From Heptranchias perlo (lineage: Eukaryota), in assembly GCF_035084215.1 (NCBI RefSeq), contig NC_090368.1, forward strand, positions 3,410,001 through 3,474,000: a DNA stretch of 64,000 nucleotides, in the 5' to 3' direction. The notes below the pieces were generated by a model. The model searched no databases and was not told the DNA's origin. It saw only the letters and a program-made list of their open reading frames with translations. Shown piece by piece: positions 50,801-64,000 of the stretch; within the stretch, counting starts at the first letter, position 1, and each line of letters begins with the position of its first letter. Both the position numbers and the translations under genes were made by a program.

Positions 50801-51778
50801 GAAGGTGCCTCCTCGTTGCAGCACTGAGTCGCACAGGCCAGAATATGCCAGGTTTGATTCCCAGCCTGCGCTGGGTTGGCTGATCTCTGTGGATGGGAGG
50901 GGGCAACAGTCGAGGGGTTGCAATTAGTCTCGGCGCCTTAGTGAGGGGAAAAGGTCTGCCAAGGGGTTTTCCTATTTCCGATCAGTGTTTACCAGCATCC
51001 CCCCACCCCCAAACCCTGCTGGAAAGTGTGTGTGTGTGTTTGTCTCTCAAGGTCCTTGTTCAGCTCTTAAGGTCAAATAGATCTGACGGTGCGAGACAGT
51101 TGCTTAGATGAGGTTGGCGTCTTCAGGAGAGCTGCGGGCGTTAATCGGCGGTGGGGGGGGCGGGTGGTAGTTGTTGGGGGGGGTGGAAAGGGTAGCTATT
51201 TCTTGCCGGCCGAGCCTGTTTGCTGCTTTCACTCCTCCGTCTCGTTAGCTACGCGACTCCAGGCACTTCTCCCCGCTGCGCTACAAAGGCCGTTACCGAT
51301 ACCTGAAGCGATATACAGACAGGCCCCCCCCCCCCCCCCGGTCACCTGCAACGCGAGCTGCGGAGCTGAGGCTTGGTGGTGAGACAGTGGCGTGGGATGC
51401 CACTTCCCCCTCCCCCCCCCCCCCCCCCCACGAGCGAGCGACCGCAGCGTCCCGGAGGCGTAGCCCGTGTCACCGTGCCCCATTGCGTTCCTTGAAGCTT
51501 CCGTGTCGAAAGCCACTTGCCCTGGTTATTACGATTGTCGACTTGGAGTCCCTGCCGTGTTTCCCCTGGTCTCCAAGCTCGTTTGACTTGCAGGTTCCTG
51601 TTGCAGGAAGCTCTGCAACACTGTAAATATCTGATATTGTCACTTTAGGAGCTCCTTCCCTCTTCTTCACTCCCCCGCCCGCCCCACTCCCCCCAACCCG
51701 AGAGCTATTAACATTTTTTTATATGTAAGGAGGAATCCCTCCCTGTTCAGTACGTACTGTTGATGTTGTTCACACTCG

Positions 51779-51784
51779 AATAAA
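51779..51784 (+). terminator. Candidate poly(A) signal of the EIF3J-like transcript
   Basis: AATAAA ~185 nt after an acceptor-like ttgcag ending at 51593. Confidence 0.3.
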
Positions 51785-54700
51785 AATCTGTATTTTTAAA
51801 AAATGAAATATTGGCATCTCGCATCTTTTCTTGTAACTGGTCTCCACGGAATAGCCTAGTCTGGTGAAGCCTCGTTGCTGCGGAGGAGGACGAGAGACGA
51901 GCTCGGTGTCTGTACTATGTTTAGTTTGACCTCCCTCCCTTTTGGACAGTGTGGGGGGGGAATGAAGAAATGGGAGTTTTCTTTTTGTGATGCAAAGGTG
52001 TGGCCAGATTGTACTTTAAGGAGGGGCACTTATCTTGAACGGCTAACAGCTGTTTCTAAAGGGGCACGCGCACGCATGTGAAGAAGCTAATATTAAAACT
52101 CTTGCATCAGTCTGCACTTCCTGTCTGCAAAACTGTACTTTTGTGTCGACCTTTTCCATTATCAATTCCTATGGCCACATTTATAATGGGAATTTCCTAT
52201 GTAAACTTGTCACGTTGTAATTACACCCTCCTGCCAATGGTGGCGGTGTAGCACTTCAGCGAAATTCCTACGCTCCAACCAACTCTACATCTCTGCTTCT
52301 CAAATTGCGGTAAGTTTTGCTATTCATCTATAATTAATATCAAAGTATTATATTAAAAATAAGGACATGTATGACTTTAAAATGGTGACTGAATTACACC
52401 AACGTCCTCTGGTCCGATTATTCCCTGCCATCTAATCCCACTTCACCTACAGGTGACACTTGGTCTCGACTCCCAATGTGGGACGTCGACTAGTTTTTAA
52501 AGATATATTTAAAGGTACCACAGACACAATTTGGAGTCACTTCCGCAGACTCGCTGGTTAAGGAGTCTTGAACCCTTTTTAAAACGTCCCGTATCCCAGG
52601 CCAATAGAGTTGGGAGAACTGAATATCCATGTCATCGTCTTCTCCCATGTATTTTACATCTCAGCATATTTACAGTGTGGGTTTCATGCGGCAAAGGAAC
52701 AGGCAACTGTATCTGGGGCAGATCTCCTGAAACGTGACCTCGGTAGTTGCAGGGAGGTCTGTGCAGCCTGTAGGATTTATGCTGAGTTGCCAGAGGGCAA
52801 ACGGATAGAAGAAGAAGAAGAGGTTTTGCATTCCTATAGCGCCTTTCTCGACCTCAGGACGTCCCAAAGCGCTTTACAGCCAATGAAGTACTTCTTTGAA
52901 TGGTCGTCACTGTTTATAGTGCGGGTAAAACTCTTGCATCAGTCCGCACTTCCTGTCTGCAAAACCGTACCTTTGTGTCGACCTTTTCCACGGTTGAAAG
53001 CGTGATCTGGCCACACCCTGGTAGATGATTAACTCTGCGTTTGAACTGGAGGGGGTTAGTATGGCAGGAGACAGCGGGGCTGTCACGCAGCCAGGCGGAC
53101 GTGTCGACGTGAAGCTTTGCCGCGGGTATTTTGCGCCAGCCGTTAGGATGGGTACGGGACATCGAAGTACAGCCGCAGCAGTCCTTGTGTTGCCGAGAGA
53201 CGCTGGGCTTTAGGCACTGCCTTGGGCATGAACTTGGAGAGGACTGTCAGCACCAGCACATCGGAGAGCTCCATCCTCGTGCAGTTCGTAGATATACCTT
53301 GAAATTAAAGCGCAGGATCAGGCCATTTGGCCCAACTGGTCCGTGCTGGTGTTTATGCTCCACACGAGCCTCCTCCCACCCCTCTTCATCTAACCCGATC
53401 AGCATCTCCTATTCCTTTCTCCCTCATGTTTATCTAGCATCCCCTTAAATGCATCTATGTTATTCGTCTCAACCTCTCAGTTCTGGTATCATACTTTGCA
53501 AATCTTTTTTTGCACCATTTCCAGTGCCTCTATGTCCTTTTTATAATATGGATAACTAGCCTTTAATGGCCTAGGACTGACCAGGAGCAAGACATTGCTT
53601 TAATCTGGCCCATTGTCAATCAGCTCGACGGAGCTGTCACTGGGCAGATCCAGGCCCCGTATCACATGGTTGTCCTTTTCTGTCATCTCGTCTGACTCTG
53701 AGAACCAGGATTACATTTTAACCGTTCAATTGTGCCACTCAACAACAAAGCTCCTTTAACATAGTAAAATATCCCCAAGGTGCTTCACAGGAGCGATTAT
53801 CAGACAAAATTTGACACCGAGCCACGTAAGGAGACATCAGGACAGGTGACCAAAAGCTCGGTCAAAGAGGTAGGTTTTAAGGAGAGTCTTAAAGGAGGAG
53901 AGAGAGGCGGAGAGGTTTAGGGAGGGAATTCCAGAGCTCAGGGCCGAGACGGCTGAAGGCACGGCCGCCAATGGTGGAGCGATGGAAATCGGGGATGCGC
54001 AAGAGGCCAGAATTGGAGGAGCGCAGAGATCTCGGAGGGTCGTAGGGGCTGGAGGCAAGAAAAGTCCTGCATAAAGTGTTCATTTTTACGACGGGTTTTC
54101 TTCCCAATGTCCGGAGGTCTACGAATGTTACACTGATTCTGATTTCTCTTTATATTGTAGTAATAGTAACCCTTAGCCTGTTAAGTGAGGAATTACAAGT
54201 CAATTTAGAACTGTTGGATTAAGAATGGTCAGTTTAGACAATAGAGTGAGCTTTCATTTATAAAGCACCTTTAATAGGACTTGAACCTAGGACCTGCTGA
54301 CTGAGAGGCCAGAGTGCTACCCACTGAGCCACGGCTGATCTAGCAGACTAACTGGAGTGGCAATGGTTAATCCCAGAGCACCATTAGCGACATAGTGCAC
54401 TCGGTGACGGGCGAGTTCAGGTCTGAGATCAGGAAAGCACCTCTTCACAAACCTAGCAATCAAAGCCTGGGATGGTCACCGACCGACTGGATAGGGGTGA
54501 GAAGGCTAAAGCTCTTGAATCACTCGAGAGACAGTTGGATGATGGGCTGCATGTTTGTCTCCAAAAGTAGTGATGAGCTCTGAGGTGTTTGCGAGAGACT
54601 CAATACGGCATTGTACAAATGCGAGACTTTGTGAGCCACTAGCTAGAGGGTCGGTGACCAGAGGACACAGATTTAAGGTAATTGGCAAAAGAACCAGAGG

Positions 54701-55369
54701 GGGAGATGAGGAGAATGATTTTTTAACTCAGCGAGTTGTTACGATCTGGAATGCGCTGCCTGAAAGGGCGGTGGAAGCAGATTCAATAGTAACTTTCAAA
54801 AGGGAATTGGATATATACTTGAAAAGAAAAAATGGGGAAAGAGCACGGGGTGGGGTGTTGGTAGTGGGACAAATTGGATAGTTCTTTCAAAGAGCCAGCA
54901 CAGGCACGATGGGCCGAATGGCCTCCTTTCTGTGCTGTATGATTCCACGTTAAGTGTTCTCGCGTGTATCATGTATCCTGCAGATGGCACCCTCGCGCTA
55001 CGTGACTCCTGCACCAAGAACGATTCCCACAGTGAAACAGCCTGCAGCATAATTGCCTGGGTTTAGTGTTTTATTTAAACCGATGCTGTCTTTGTTTTCC
55101 TGTTTCTTCCCCCTCCTCCCCCGTCCCTCCGGGCAGGTTTGAAAGCCACACGGTCTCAAATCGACTCCACGCACTCGGTCCCGGGAGATGAGAATTCAGC
55201 AGAGCCCGCCTCTCGAGTTGCAGACAAGACGTTTGCGTTTCTTGTAGGTACTTCCGTTTCTAGTTGTTTCGCCCTTCGAGCAGTTAACAAGAAGTTCGTG
55301 AAGTTAGCATGTCAGCCTTAAGCTGGTAAATACGCAGGACAAATAAGGAGGCCACATACTCCTTGGAAA

Positions 55370-56110
55370 ATAAGAGTCTGAATGGGATAGAGGAGCAGAC
55401 TGGATTTCGGGGTACAGATTCACAAATCATTAAAAGTAGCGACACAGGTTAACAAGGCCATAAAGAATGCAAACCAAGGGTTCATTTCTAGAGGGATAGA
55501 ATTGAAAAGCAGAGAAGTTATGTTAAACTTGTATAGAACCTTGGTTAGACCGCACTTGGGAGTACTGTGCACAGTTCTGGTCTCCATATTATAAAAAGGA
55601 TGTAGAGGCACTGGAGAAGGTGCAAAAAAAAAAGATTTACAATGATGATATCAGAAATGGGAGGTTATACCTATCAGGAAAGGCTGAACAGGCTGGGGCT
55701 CTTTTCTCTAGAAAAGAGAAGACTGAGGGGTGACCTGATAGAGGTCTTTAAAATTATGAAGGGGTTCGATAGGGTAGACGTAGAGAAAATGTTTCCACTT
55801 GTGGGGGAGACCAGAACTAGAGGCCATAAATATAAGATAGTCACTAATAAATCCAATAGGGAATTCAGGAGAAACTTCTTTACCCAGAGAGTGGTGAGAA
55901 TGTGGAACTCACTCCCACATGGAGTGGTTGAGGCGAATAACATAGTTGCATTTAAGGGGAAGCTCGATAAACACATGAGGGAGAAAGGAATAGAAGGATA
56001 TGCTGATAGGGTGAGATGAAGAGGGGAGGGAGGAGGCTCGTGTGGAGCATAAACACCAGCACGGACCAGTTGGGCCGAATGGCCTGTTTCTGTGCTGTAA
56101 ATACTACGCA
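55370..56110 (+). mobile_element. CR1-clade LINE 3' fragment
   Basis: 55642-56019 ORF2 C-terminus. Confidence 0.85.
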
Positions 56111-57209
56111 ATTCTACATAAAAGGGAACTCAGTGTAATTGCACAGCAATTAACCCTTACGCTGCTCAGCAACCAGAAACACCACACAATTAAGCAGCAA
56201 GTGATCCCTCCCCTGTTAAACAGGCAGGAGCTCCATCCATCGTGAGTAAACATCTCCTACTCCAGGGGCTCGAGTCCATAATCCAGGCCGACACTCCCAG
56301 TGCCAGTACTGAGGGAGTGCTGCACTGTCAGAGGTGCCGTCTTTCGAATGAGACGTTAAACCGAGGCTCCGCCTGCCCCTCTCAGGTGGATGTAAAAGAT
56401 CCCACGGCCACTATTTCGAAGAAGAGCAGGTTCTCCAATATTCGGTGTCCTGGGCCAACATTTATCCCTCAACCAACACCTAAACACAGATTATCTGATC
56501 ATTATCACTTTGCTGTTTGTGGGAGCTTGCTGTGCACAAATTGGCTGCCGCGTTTCCCTACGTTACAATTAAGTCCTTCAGAAGTACTTAATTGTAACGT
56601 CACAGGACAGAAACCTCGGCAACCCTCGCTGACCTCCTGGAGGGCAGGGGGGCCCCGATTCGGAAACCAATGCAGTAGGTCGAAGGGGAAGCAACGGTCG
56701 AGGTAGGCCGTCCCACGGCCACCAGGTCTTAGTAAAGAGGGCACTAGCGTAGAGGACGGTTTGACCAATTCCGCACATCTCCTCTGATGTTAAATATCAG
56801 CGGGCAGCTTATCTTGCACCAGGTCGGCAATGAGACAGCTCTTGTTTTGCCCGGTTTGATGAGAGAGCACAAGTGAGGAGGAGCCTGAGGCCACCAGCTT
56901 GTGATTCTCTCTCTCTCTCTCTCCCCCCACCCTGCAGTCAGATTAATTTGCATTTGCAGCCTTTCCATTAACACCCAGATGTTCCCCCAGTTGCTATTAA
57001 AAGCATCCATTAACTGCTCGACCCTGCTTTTTGCACTCGGAAGATTTGCATACTGTTTGAAACTGGTTGTTTTTGGTCTGTCGAGGCACAGTGGAGTTAA
57101 AAATATCACCAAAACGAAACTATTTTACACAGACAGCGAATTTCCACCAAGTGGGAGGTTAAAATTAGGCTCAAATGGAAAAAGAATTTTGAAAAATATT
57201 CAGGTGGTC

Positions 57210-57530
57210 AATCATTTATTATTTATAATATAATCCCAATCATTTGTTATTTATAATATAATCCCAATCATTTATTATTTATAATATAATCCCTCTCATT
57301 TATTATTTACAATATAATCCCAATCATTTGTTATTTATAATATAATCCCAATCATTTATTATTTATAATATAATCCCTCTCATTTATTATTTATAATATA
57401 ATCCCAATCATTTGTTATTTATAATATAATCCCAATCATTTATTATTTATAATATAATCCCAATCATTTATTAATTATAATATAATCCCAATCATTTATT
57501 ATTTATAATATAATCCCAATCATTTATTTA
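57210..57530. repeat. 28-bp AT-rich tandem repeat
   Basis: (aatcatttattatttataatataatccc)n, ~11 copies. Confidence 0.93.
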
Positions 57531-58879
57531 CTTAAAACGTCCCAAGGTGCTTCACAGGAGCGATTATCAAACAAAATTCGACACCGAGCCACATAAGGAG
57601 ATATTAGGACAGGTGACCAAAAGCTCGGTCAAAGAGGTAGGTTTTAAGGAGCGTCTTAAAGGAGGAGAGAGAGGCGGAGAGGTTTAGGGAGGGAATTCCA
57701 GAGCTTAGGGCCGGGGCTGCTGAAGGCACGGCCGCCAATGGTGGAGCGAAGGAAATCGGGGGATGCACAAGAGGGCAGAATTGGAGGAGCGCAGAGATCT
57801 CGGAGGGTTGTAGGGCTGGAGGAGGTCACAGAGATCGGGAGGGGGGGACGAGGGCCATGGAGGAGATTTGCAAACAAGGTGGAGAATTGAGGCATTGCTG
57901 GACCAGGAGGCAATGTAGGTCACCCAGCTGCTGCTTAAACTTACTTCCCACTTGTGTCCGCTGATTCCTGCCTTTGTGCTTTAAAAACCGCCGTGTGCAT
58001 TAGTGAACGGGAGCATCGGCCCTCTCCTGGCCCTCTAACCCTGTTTGCAATGTGGCTGGAGAGATGGAGAGGTGAGAGACATCAGCAAGGGAAACACAGC
58101 AGTCGAAACGAACCATTTCCTCTTGTAAGCTTCGTCTCATTTCATTAGTTTATCCCACCCCTTCCTCACCCTGTCCTGGGTCTGACAATTGTCTGACAAC
58201 TGGGTCTGAGTAGCTTTATTAATAATAACCTTAATAATAAAATAAATATAAAAATAATCTCTCTGTATGGAGGTGCAGTTGAAGGGAGCAAAAATCAGGA
58301 AGGTTTTTTTTTTGTCACCGTAGTGGGGAAGTGCAGTGCCTGGTGCCTTAACCGGCCATCCCTGGTCTATGCTGTGTCACCTGATCTCAGAAAGGGTAGC
58401 GTTAAGGGGGCTACAATTGTCACCTCTGGGCTGGCGGGGGAGGTGAACAGTCAGTCCAGGGTGTTCCCTCCCACCCCGGCCGCCTGATCGCTGGCCTAGA
58501 GACTCCCGTCCGTGTGTGGATCGCGGGTGAGGACGGGTTTGGGCTGGGTTTGCGATGCCCCCCACGGCCAAACAGCTCGCCGCCCGGGCTCACGCCAGGA
58601 GAACGGCTGCTTCGGCTCAGCAAGAGTCAGTGCCTTTGAGAGAGAAGAGGTGACCGGGGACCTTTTCTGGGACCTGGGTGCCAATCCAGCCCAGATTTGA
58701 TGGTCTTCTCTCTCTCTCTCTCGATGCTGTCCGAAAATAATGAATTCTGAACCCAGTTTCTAATGGACACCAGGCCACAGCAACAGCCTGATCCAAATTT
58801 AACGCTAAATTGGCAACACTCAGGGAGAGCGTTTGCAAGGAATAGTGATCTCACAGTGACGTGGGTATCTCTCTCTCTC

Positions 58880-59300
58880 TCTCAGTCAGAAGGTCATGGG
58901 TTCGAGCCCCACTCCAGAGACTTGAGCCCATAATCCAGGCCGACACTCCCAGCGCCAGTACTGAGGGAGTGCTGCACTGTCGCAGGTGCCGTCTTTCGGA
59001 CGAGACGTTAAACCGAGGCCCCGTCCGCCCCTTTCAGGCGGCTGTAAACGATCCCGCGACCCCTAATTCGAAGAGGGGCAGGGGGAGTTCTCCCTGGCGT
59101 CCTGGGCTGATATCTATCCCTCAACCAACATCAATAAAAAGCAGAGTATCTGGTTGTCATGTCGTTGCTGTTTGTGGGATCTTGCTGTGCGCAAATTGAC
59201 CGTTGTGTTTCCCTCCATTATAACAGCGACTACACTTCCAAAAGTACTTCATTGGCTGCAAAGTCCTGAGGTCGTGAAAGGCGCTATATAAATGCAACTT
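58880..59300 (+). mobile_element. Deu-like SINE (further copies ~56265-56570+, ~60550-60985-, ~63385-63750+, ~10215-10480-)
   Basis: B-box-like gggttcgagccc, conserved core, L2-like tail gcgctatataaatgcaa. Confidence 0.75.
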
Positions 59301-62300
59301 CCTTTTTCACAATGACCCATGCTACGTCAACATTCGGGGACGCCCCCCACGGTTGAGCAGGACGCTGCGGCTGGCTGTGCAGGCTCACGCGGTGGAATAG
59401 CCACTTGGGTGAGGTACCCACACAAGGGGCACCCGGCACCTGTGGAACCAGCACATGACTCCGTGCCCTTGGTGGGGGGGGCGGGCGAGGAACGGAGCAT
59501 TTCGAGCGAGGGACAGGGGGGGCGAGGGGGAGGGGGGGGTTTGTAGAAACACCAGGTGAGAAAAACGGCAATAAGGTTTTTTGGGAGAATACTGATTTTA
59601 TCCTGGTGAGCTCTCCTTAGAGTGAAAAAGAGTTTTAGTTCTACCGATTTTTATTCAGTATCCTGTCTTTCGCAGCCGAATTTACAGAGTCAGAGAACAA
59701 TGCAACAGAAGGAGGCCATTCGGCCCATCGGGCCTGTGCCGGCTCCTGGAAAGAGCGATCCAATTAGTCCCACTCTCCTCCTCGTAACCCTACGAGTTTG
59801 CCCCCCCCCTTCCAATTACTTATCCAATTCCCTTTCGAAAGTCGCTAATGGGCCTGCTGCCAACGCCCTTCCAGATCGTGACAGCTCGCTGAGTAAAAGA
59901 AAGCTCCTCCTCATCTCCGCCTCGGGTTCTTTCGCCGATTGCCTTAAATCCGCGCCCTCTGGCCACCGACCCTCCTGCCAGCCGCAGCGGCTTCTCCCTT
60001 ACTGCGGCCGTCGGAACCCCCTTTGGTTTAATTCCACCGTTGAATTAAAAAAAAAACAAAGACACCCAAGCTTTCTCGACACTCTGCGTGCTGTCGTCGT
60101 AGATTCTGCCTGGTAGCGCCGTGCCAATAAAGAGCCTGTTTGGGTGAAAGGAAACGACGCACCCTAACCCAAACACAATCATTTACTCAGGGCGCACAGC
60201 TAATCACACATTTTACGGCGTTATCAGAGAAAGGATTAGCGAGTTTTATTAAAAGTTTTTCAGCAATGACTTGCAACTCCTTTACAATCCCCCTCGTTAA
60301 TCCCCCCTTCTTTTTCGTTTAAAACGCCATATGGATGGTGTGTGCACAATGCGCGGTCTTTAAATATAAACCGAGTTTATGGCGACTTAAATAAGTCAAA
60401 TTATATTTTTATTACGCAGACTTCCAGCGTTTCTGTTGGTGTTTCCGAGATCATCTGTTTTTTTTTTTTGCACAAGAACTGGTGACTTTTGTAAATAATT
60501 TACCCAGAGATTCCCGCCTTCTCTCAAATCAGCGAACGGAAAGAAAGACTTAGCATTTATACACGACGTCCCAAAACGCTTCGAAGCCAGTTTTCTTTTT
60601 GAAGTGTAATGTGGGGAAGTGCGGCTGCCACTTAGTGCACAGCAAGATCCCACAAACAGCAATGTGGTGATGTCGGTTGAGGGATAAATATTGGCCCCCG
60701 GACACCGGGGGGGAGAACTCCGCCCCCCACCCGCCCCCCCCTGCTCTTCTTCCAATCGTGGCCATGGGATCTTTTACACCCAGCTGAGAGGTGGGGGGTA
60801 GACGGGGCCTCGGTTTGACGTCTCATCCGAAAGACGGCACCTCCCGACAGTGCGGCGCTCCCTCAGTACTGGCACCGGGAGTGTCGGCCTGCGTTTTGTG
60901 CTCGAGTCCCTTAGAGTGGGATTATGAACTCTCAACCTCTCATAACTCAGGAGGTGAGAGTGCTACCCACTGAGTCACGGCTGACAAATCTAATTCCACT
61001 CTTACCATGCGGCCTCCGGATTTTTCCCAGCGTTTTCGGGATTGTGTCCTGTCGTTCTGTTTTCTTGCTGCAAGCCTTGTTATAAAGTGTTGTCCACGGG
61101 TTTCAGAATGTAAATGTTGATTTTGTACGTCGGAATTTATTGCCCATCCCTAGTTGCCCCTGAGAAGATGGTGAGCCGCCTTCTCGAACTGCTGCAGTCA
61201 GATAACAACAACACCAACCTGCATTTATATAGCGCCTTTCATGCAGTAAAACGTCCCAAGGCGCTTCACAGGAGCGATTATCAGACAAAATTTGACACCG
61301 AGCCACATCGGGAGATGTTAGGACAGGCGACCAAAAGCTCGGTCAAAGAGGTAGGTTTTAAGGAGCGTCTTAAAGGAGGAGAGAGAGGTTTAGGGAGGGA
61401 ATTCCAGAGCTTAGGGCCGAGGCGGCTGAAGGCACGGCCGCCAATGGCGGAGCGATGGAAATCGAGGATGGGCAAGAGGCCAGAATTGGAGGAGCGCAGA
61501 GATCTCCGAGGGTCGCAGATACAACTGAGTGGCTTGACAGAGGACAATCAGGAGTCAACCATATGGATGTGGGGACTGGAGTCACATGTAGGCTTGGTAA
61601 GGACAGCAAGTTTCCTTCTCCAAAGTGAACCAGTTGGGTTTTTGGGACACTTCTACCGATCCCAGATTTTAAAAAAACTGAAATTAAATTCTGATACTGC
61701 CGCTGTGGGATTTGAACTCACGTTCGCTGGATTATTAGTCCAGTAACATAACCACAGCAACACGGTATAGTGCCAGGCTCCTAGGGAGTCTCGTCCTGAA
61801 GAGTGTGTTTCTTTTGGTCTGCTAAATGCGGAAACCCCATCACCGTGTTTAAGAGTCTCCGAGTCACACACCATCCCGACTTGGAAATATATCGGCCGTT
61901 CCTTCATCGTCGCTGGATCAAAATCCTGGAACTCCCTTCCTAACAGCACTGTGGGAGAACCTTCACCACACGGACTGCAGCGGTTCAAGAAGGCGGCTCA
62001 CCACCACCTTCTCAAGGGGCAATTAGGGATGGGCAATAAATGCTGGCCTCACCAGCGACGCCCACATCCCCAAGAATGAATTTTTAAAAAGCCTCACGCT
62101 GTGATTTCACCCATTAAGCCATCGTAACAGCTGACACTTTCTGTTTCTATGTGATTAATTTGAGTCGGTCATATTATTCTCTTCAAACTGTTGTTAAATT
62201 GCCATTGAAAATGAGGATTTGATATTCAGGCAAGTGGCCTGTAATTGTTTTTTAATGAAGGTTTAGCTCATACAATTCCCCCCACTTGCTGCAATTGTGT

Positions 62301-62819
62301 TAATGTCTTAATTACAATCCCACAGTGACACTTCCTAATGGCAGGCTCAGCTAAAAAGTGCAATTACCCCTTCGCAGCTGACAGACACTCTCTCCGCCCC
62401 CTGAATCCCTCTCTCAGCTCTGTTAACATGCCAGAGAATGATAATTCGAAGCTGCTCACTCTACGGCGAGATATCTTACAATAACAATAATTACAGGCGA
62501 GATGAGGAGACTTTTTTTTTAACGCAGCGAGTTGTTATGATCTGGAACGCGCTGCCTGAAAGGGCAGTGGAAGCAGATTCAATAGCAACTTTCAAAAGGG
62601 AATTGGATAAATACTTGAAGGGGAAAAATTTGCAGGGCTACTGGGGGGAAAGAGTAGGGGGGAGTGGGACTAATTGGATAGCTCTTTCAAAGAGCCAGCA
62701 CAGGCACGATGGACCAAATGGCCTCCTGTGCTGATTCTATGAACACATCTGAGTTAAGTGTATTTTTACTTCGCTATTAATAACTGATACTAGTCTATCA
62801 CCCTTGACACAAGGGCTTA

Positions 62820-63260
62820 AAGGGTTAAATTACGAGGCCAGGTCGCACAGACTAGGCTTGTATTCCCTCGAGTATAGAGGGTGATCTAATCGAGGGGTTT
62901 AAGATGATTAAAGGATTCGATAGGGTCGATAGAGAGAAACTATTTCCTCTGGTGGGAGAGAGTCCAGAACAAGGGGGGGCAGAACCTTAAAATTAGAGCC
63001 AGGCCGTTCAGGGGTGATGTCAGGAAGCATTTCTTCACACAAAGGGGAGTGGGAATCTGGAACTCTCTCCCCCAAAAAGCTGTTGAGGCCGGGGGTCGAT
63101 TGAAAATGTCAAAACTGAGATTGATAGATTTTTGTTGGGTGAGGGTATTAAGGGTTAGGGAACCAAGGCGGGTAGATGGAGTTAAGATACAGATCAGCCA
63201 TGATCGAATTGAATGACGGAACAGGCTCGAGGGGCTGAATGGCCTCCTCCTGTTCCTATC
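62820..63260 (+). mobile_element. CR1-clade LINE 3' fragment
   Basis: Same subfamily as 5855-6320. Confidence 0.8.
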
Positions 63261-64000
63261 TATATAAAAAAAGTTGCTATCATCAAAAAAGCAAATGCAA
63301 CAAGGCTCAAGCAAGCTGCAGGACAGTCCAATTAAAACATTAATGATCGCTGGAATTTAAATCAGAAACTGCCCAGAGAGAGCACTCCCAGTGCCAGTAC
63401 TGAGGGAGTGCTGCACTGCCGGAGGTGCCGTCTTTCGGATGAGACGTTAAACCGAGGCCCCGTCTGCCTCGTACAGGTGGATGTAAAAGATCCCACGGGC
63501 CACTATTTCGAAGAAGAGTTCTCCGCAGCGTCCTGGGGCCAATATTGATCCCTCAACCAACACCACCAAAACAGATGATCTGGGTCATTTATCACATCGC
63601 TGTTTTGTGGGATCTTGCTGTGCGCAAATTGGCTGCCGCGTTTCCTGCATTACAACAGTGACCACACTTCGGAAAAGTTCTTCATTGGCTGTGAAGCGCT
63701 TTGGGGAGTCCTGGGGCCGTGAAAGGCGCTATATAAATGCAAGTTCCTTCTTTTAAATATGGAGGGTGGCCTTTCAACCTTACTGATGGTTTGGTGAGAT
63801 TAATATTGACTTTAAAGCTTGTGTTGTTGCTGAAAATATCGTCAAAATGTTAAGGACTAGATTGAACGGGGCAGAGGGAGAGAGTAAACATGAATGCCCT
63901 ATAACAGAGCCTGTTCCTGGGTTACAGGAAAGAAATGTAAAGCAAGTATATCTTTCCGACCCAATGAAAATAAATTAAGGTTTATTTTCTACCCTCTTCC

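Noticed and set aside
55137-55155. GLKAT as the last EIF3J exon
   Set aside because: The match is only five residues, and the following sequence does not resemble the eIF3j C-terminus.
35000-64000. BGLAP, PMF1 or SMG5, the human neighbours of PAQR6
   Set aside because: I could not find recognisable exons for these genes by eye.

Overview
Eukaryotic genomic DNA, most likely from a cartilaginous fish (shark-type CR1/L2 LINE fragments and Deu-domain-like SINEs throughout, with two N gaps). The main finding, at 1.5-19.7 kb, is a cluster of non-rearranging antigen-receptor-like genes. Two intact minus-strand genes each splice as Leader / pre-joined V+J (FGNG motif, no RSS seen) / C1 / Cys-stalk+TM / cytoplasmic / TLYARL (ITIM/ITSM-like) tail. 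Each faces a decayed plus-strand V-C1 pseudogene. The two intact genes have 98% identical C1 exons but only about 47% identical V domains, and three copies share an ETS/RUNX-like promoter module. Next come a complete 7-coding-exon PAQR6 (25,956-34,934, +), a ~1-kb minisatellite with a CTCF-like motif in each unit, and an EIF3J-like gene of which only the first four exons are recognisable. Beyond about 52 kb the window is mostly interspersed repeats. All exon models and identity counts were derived by hand, and repeat boundaries are approximate.
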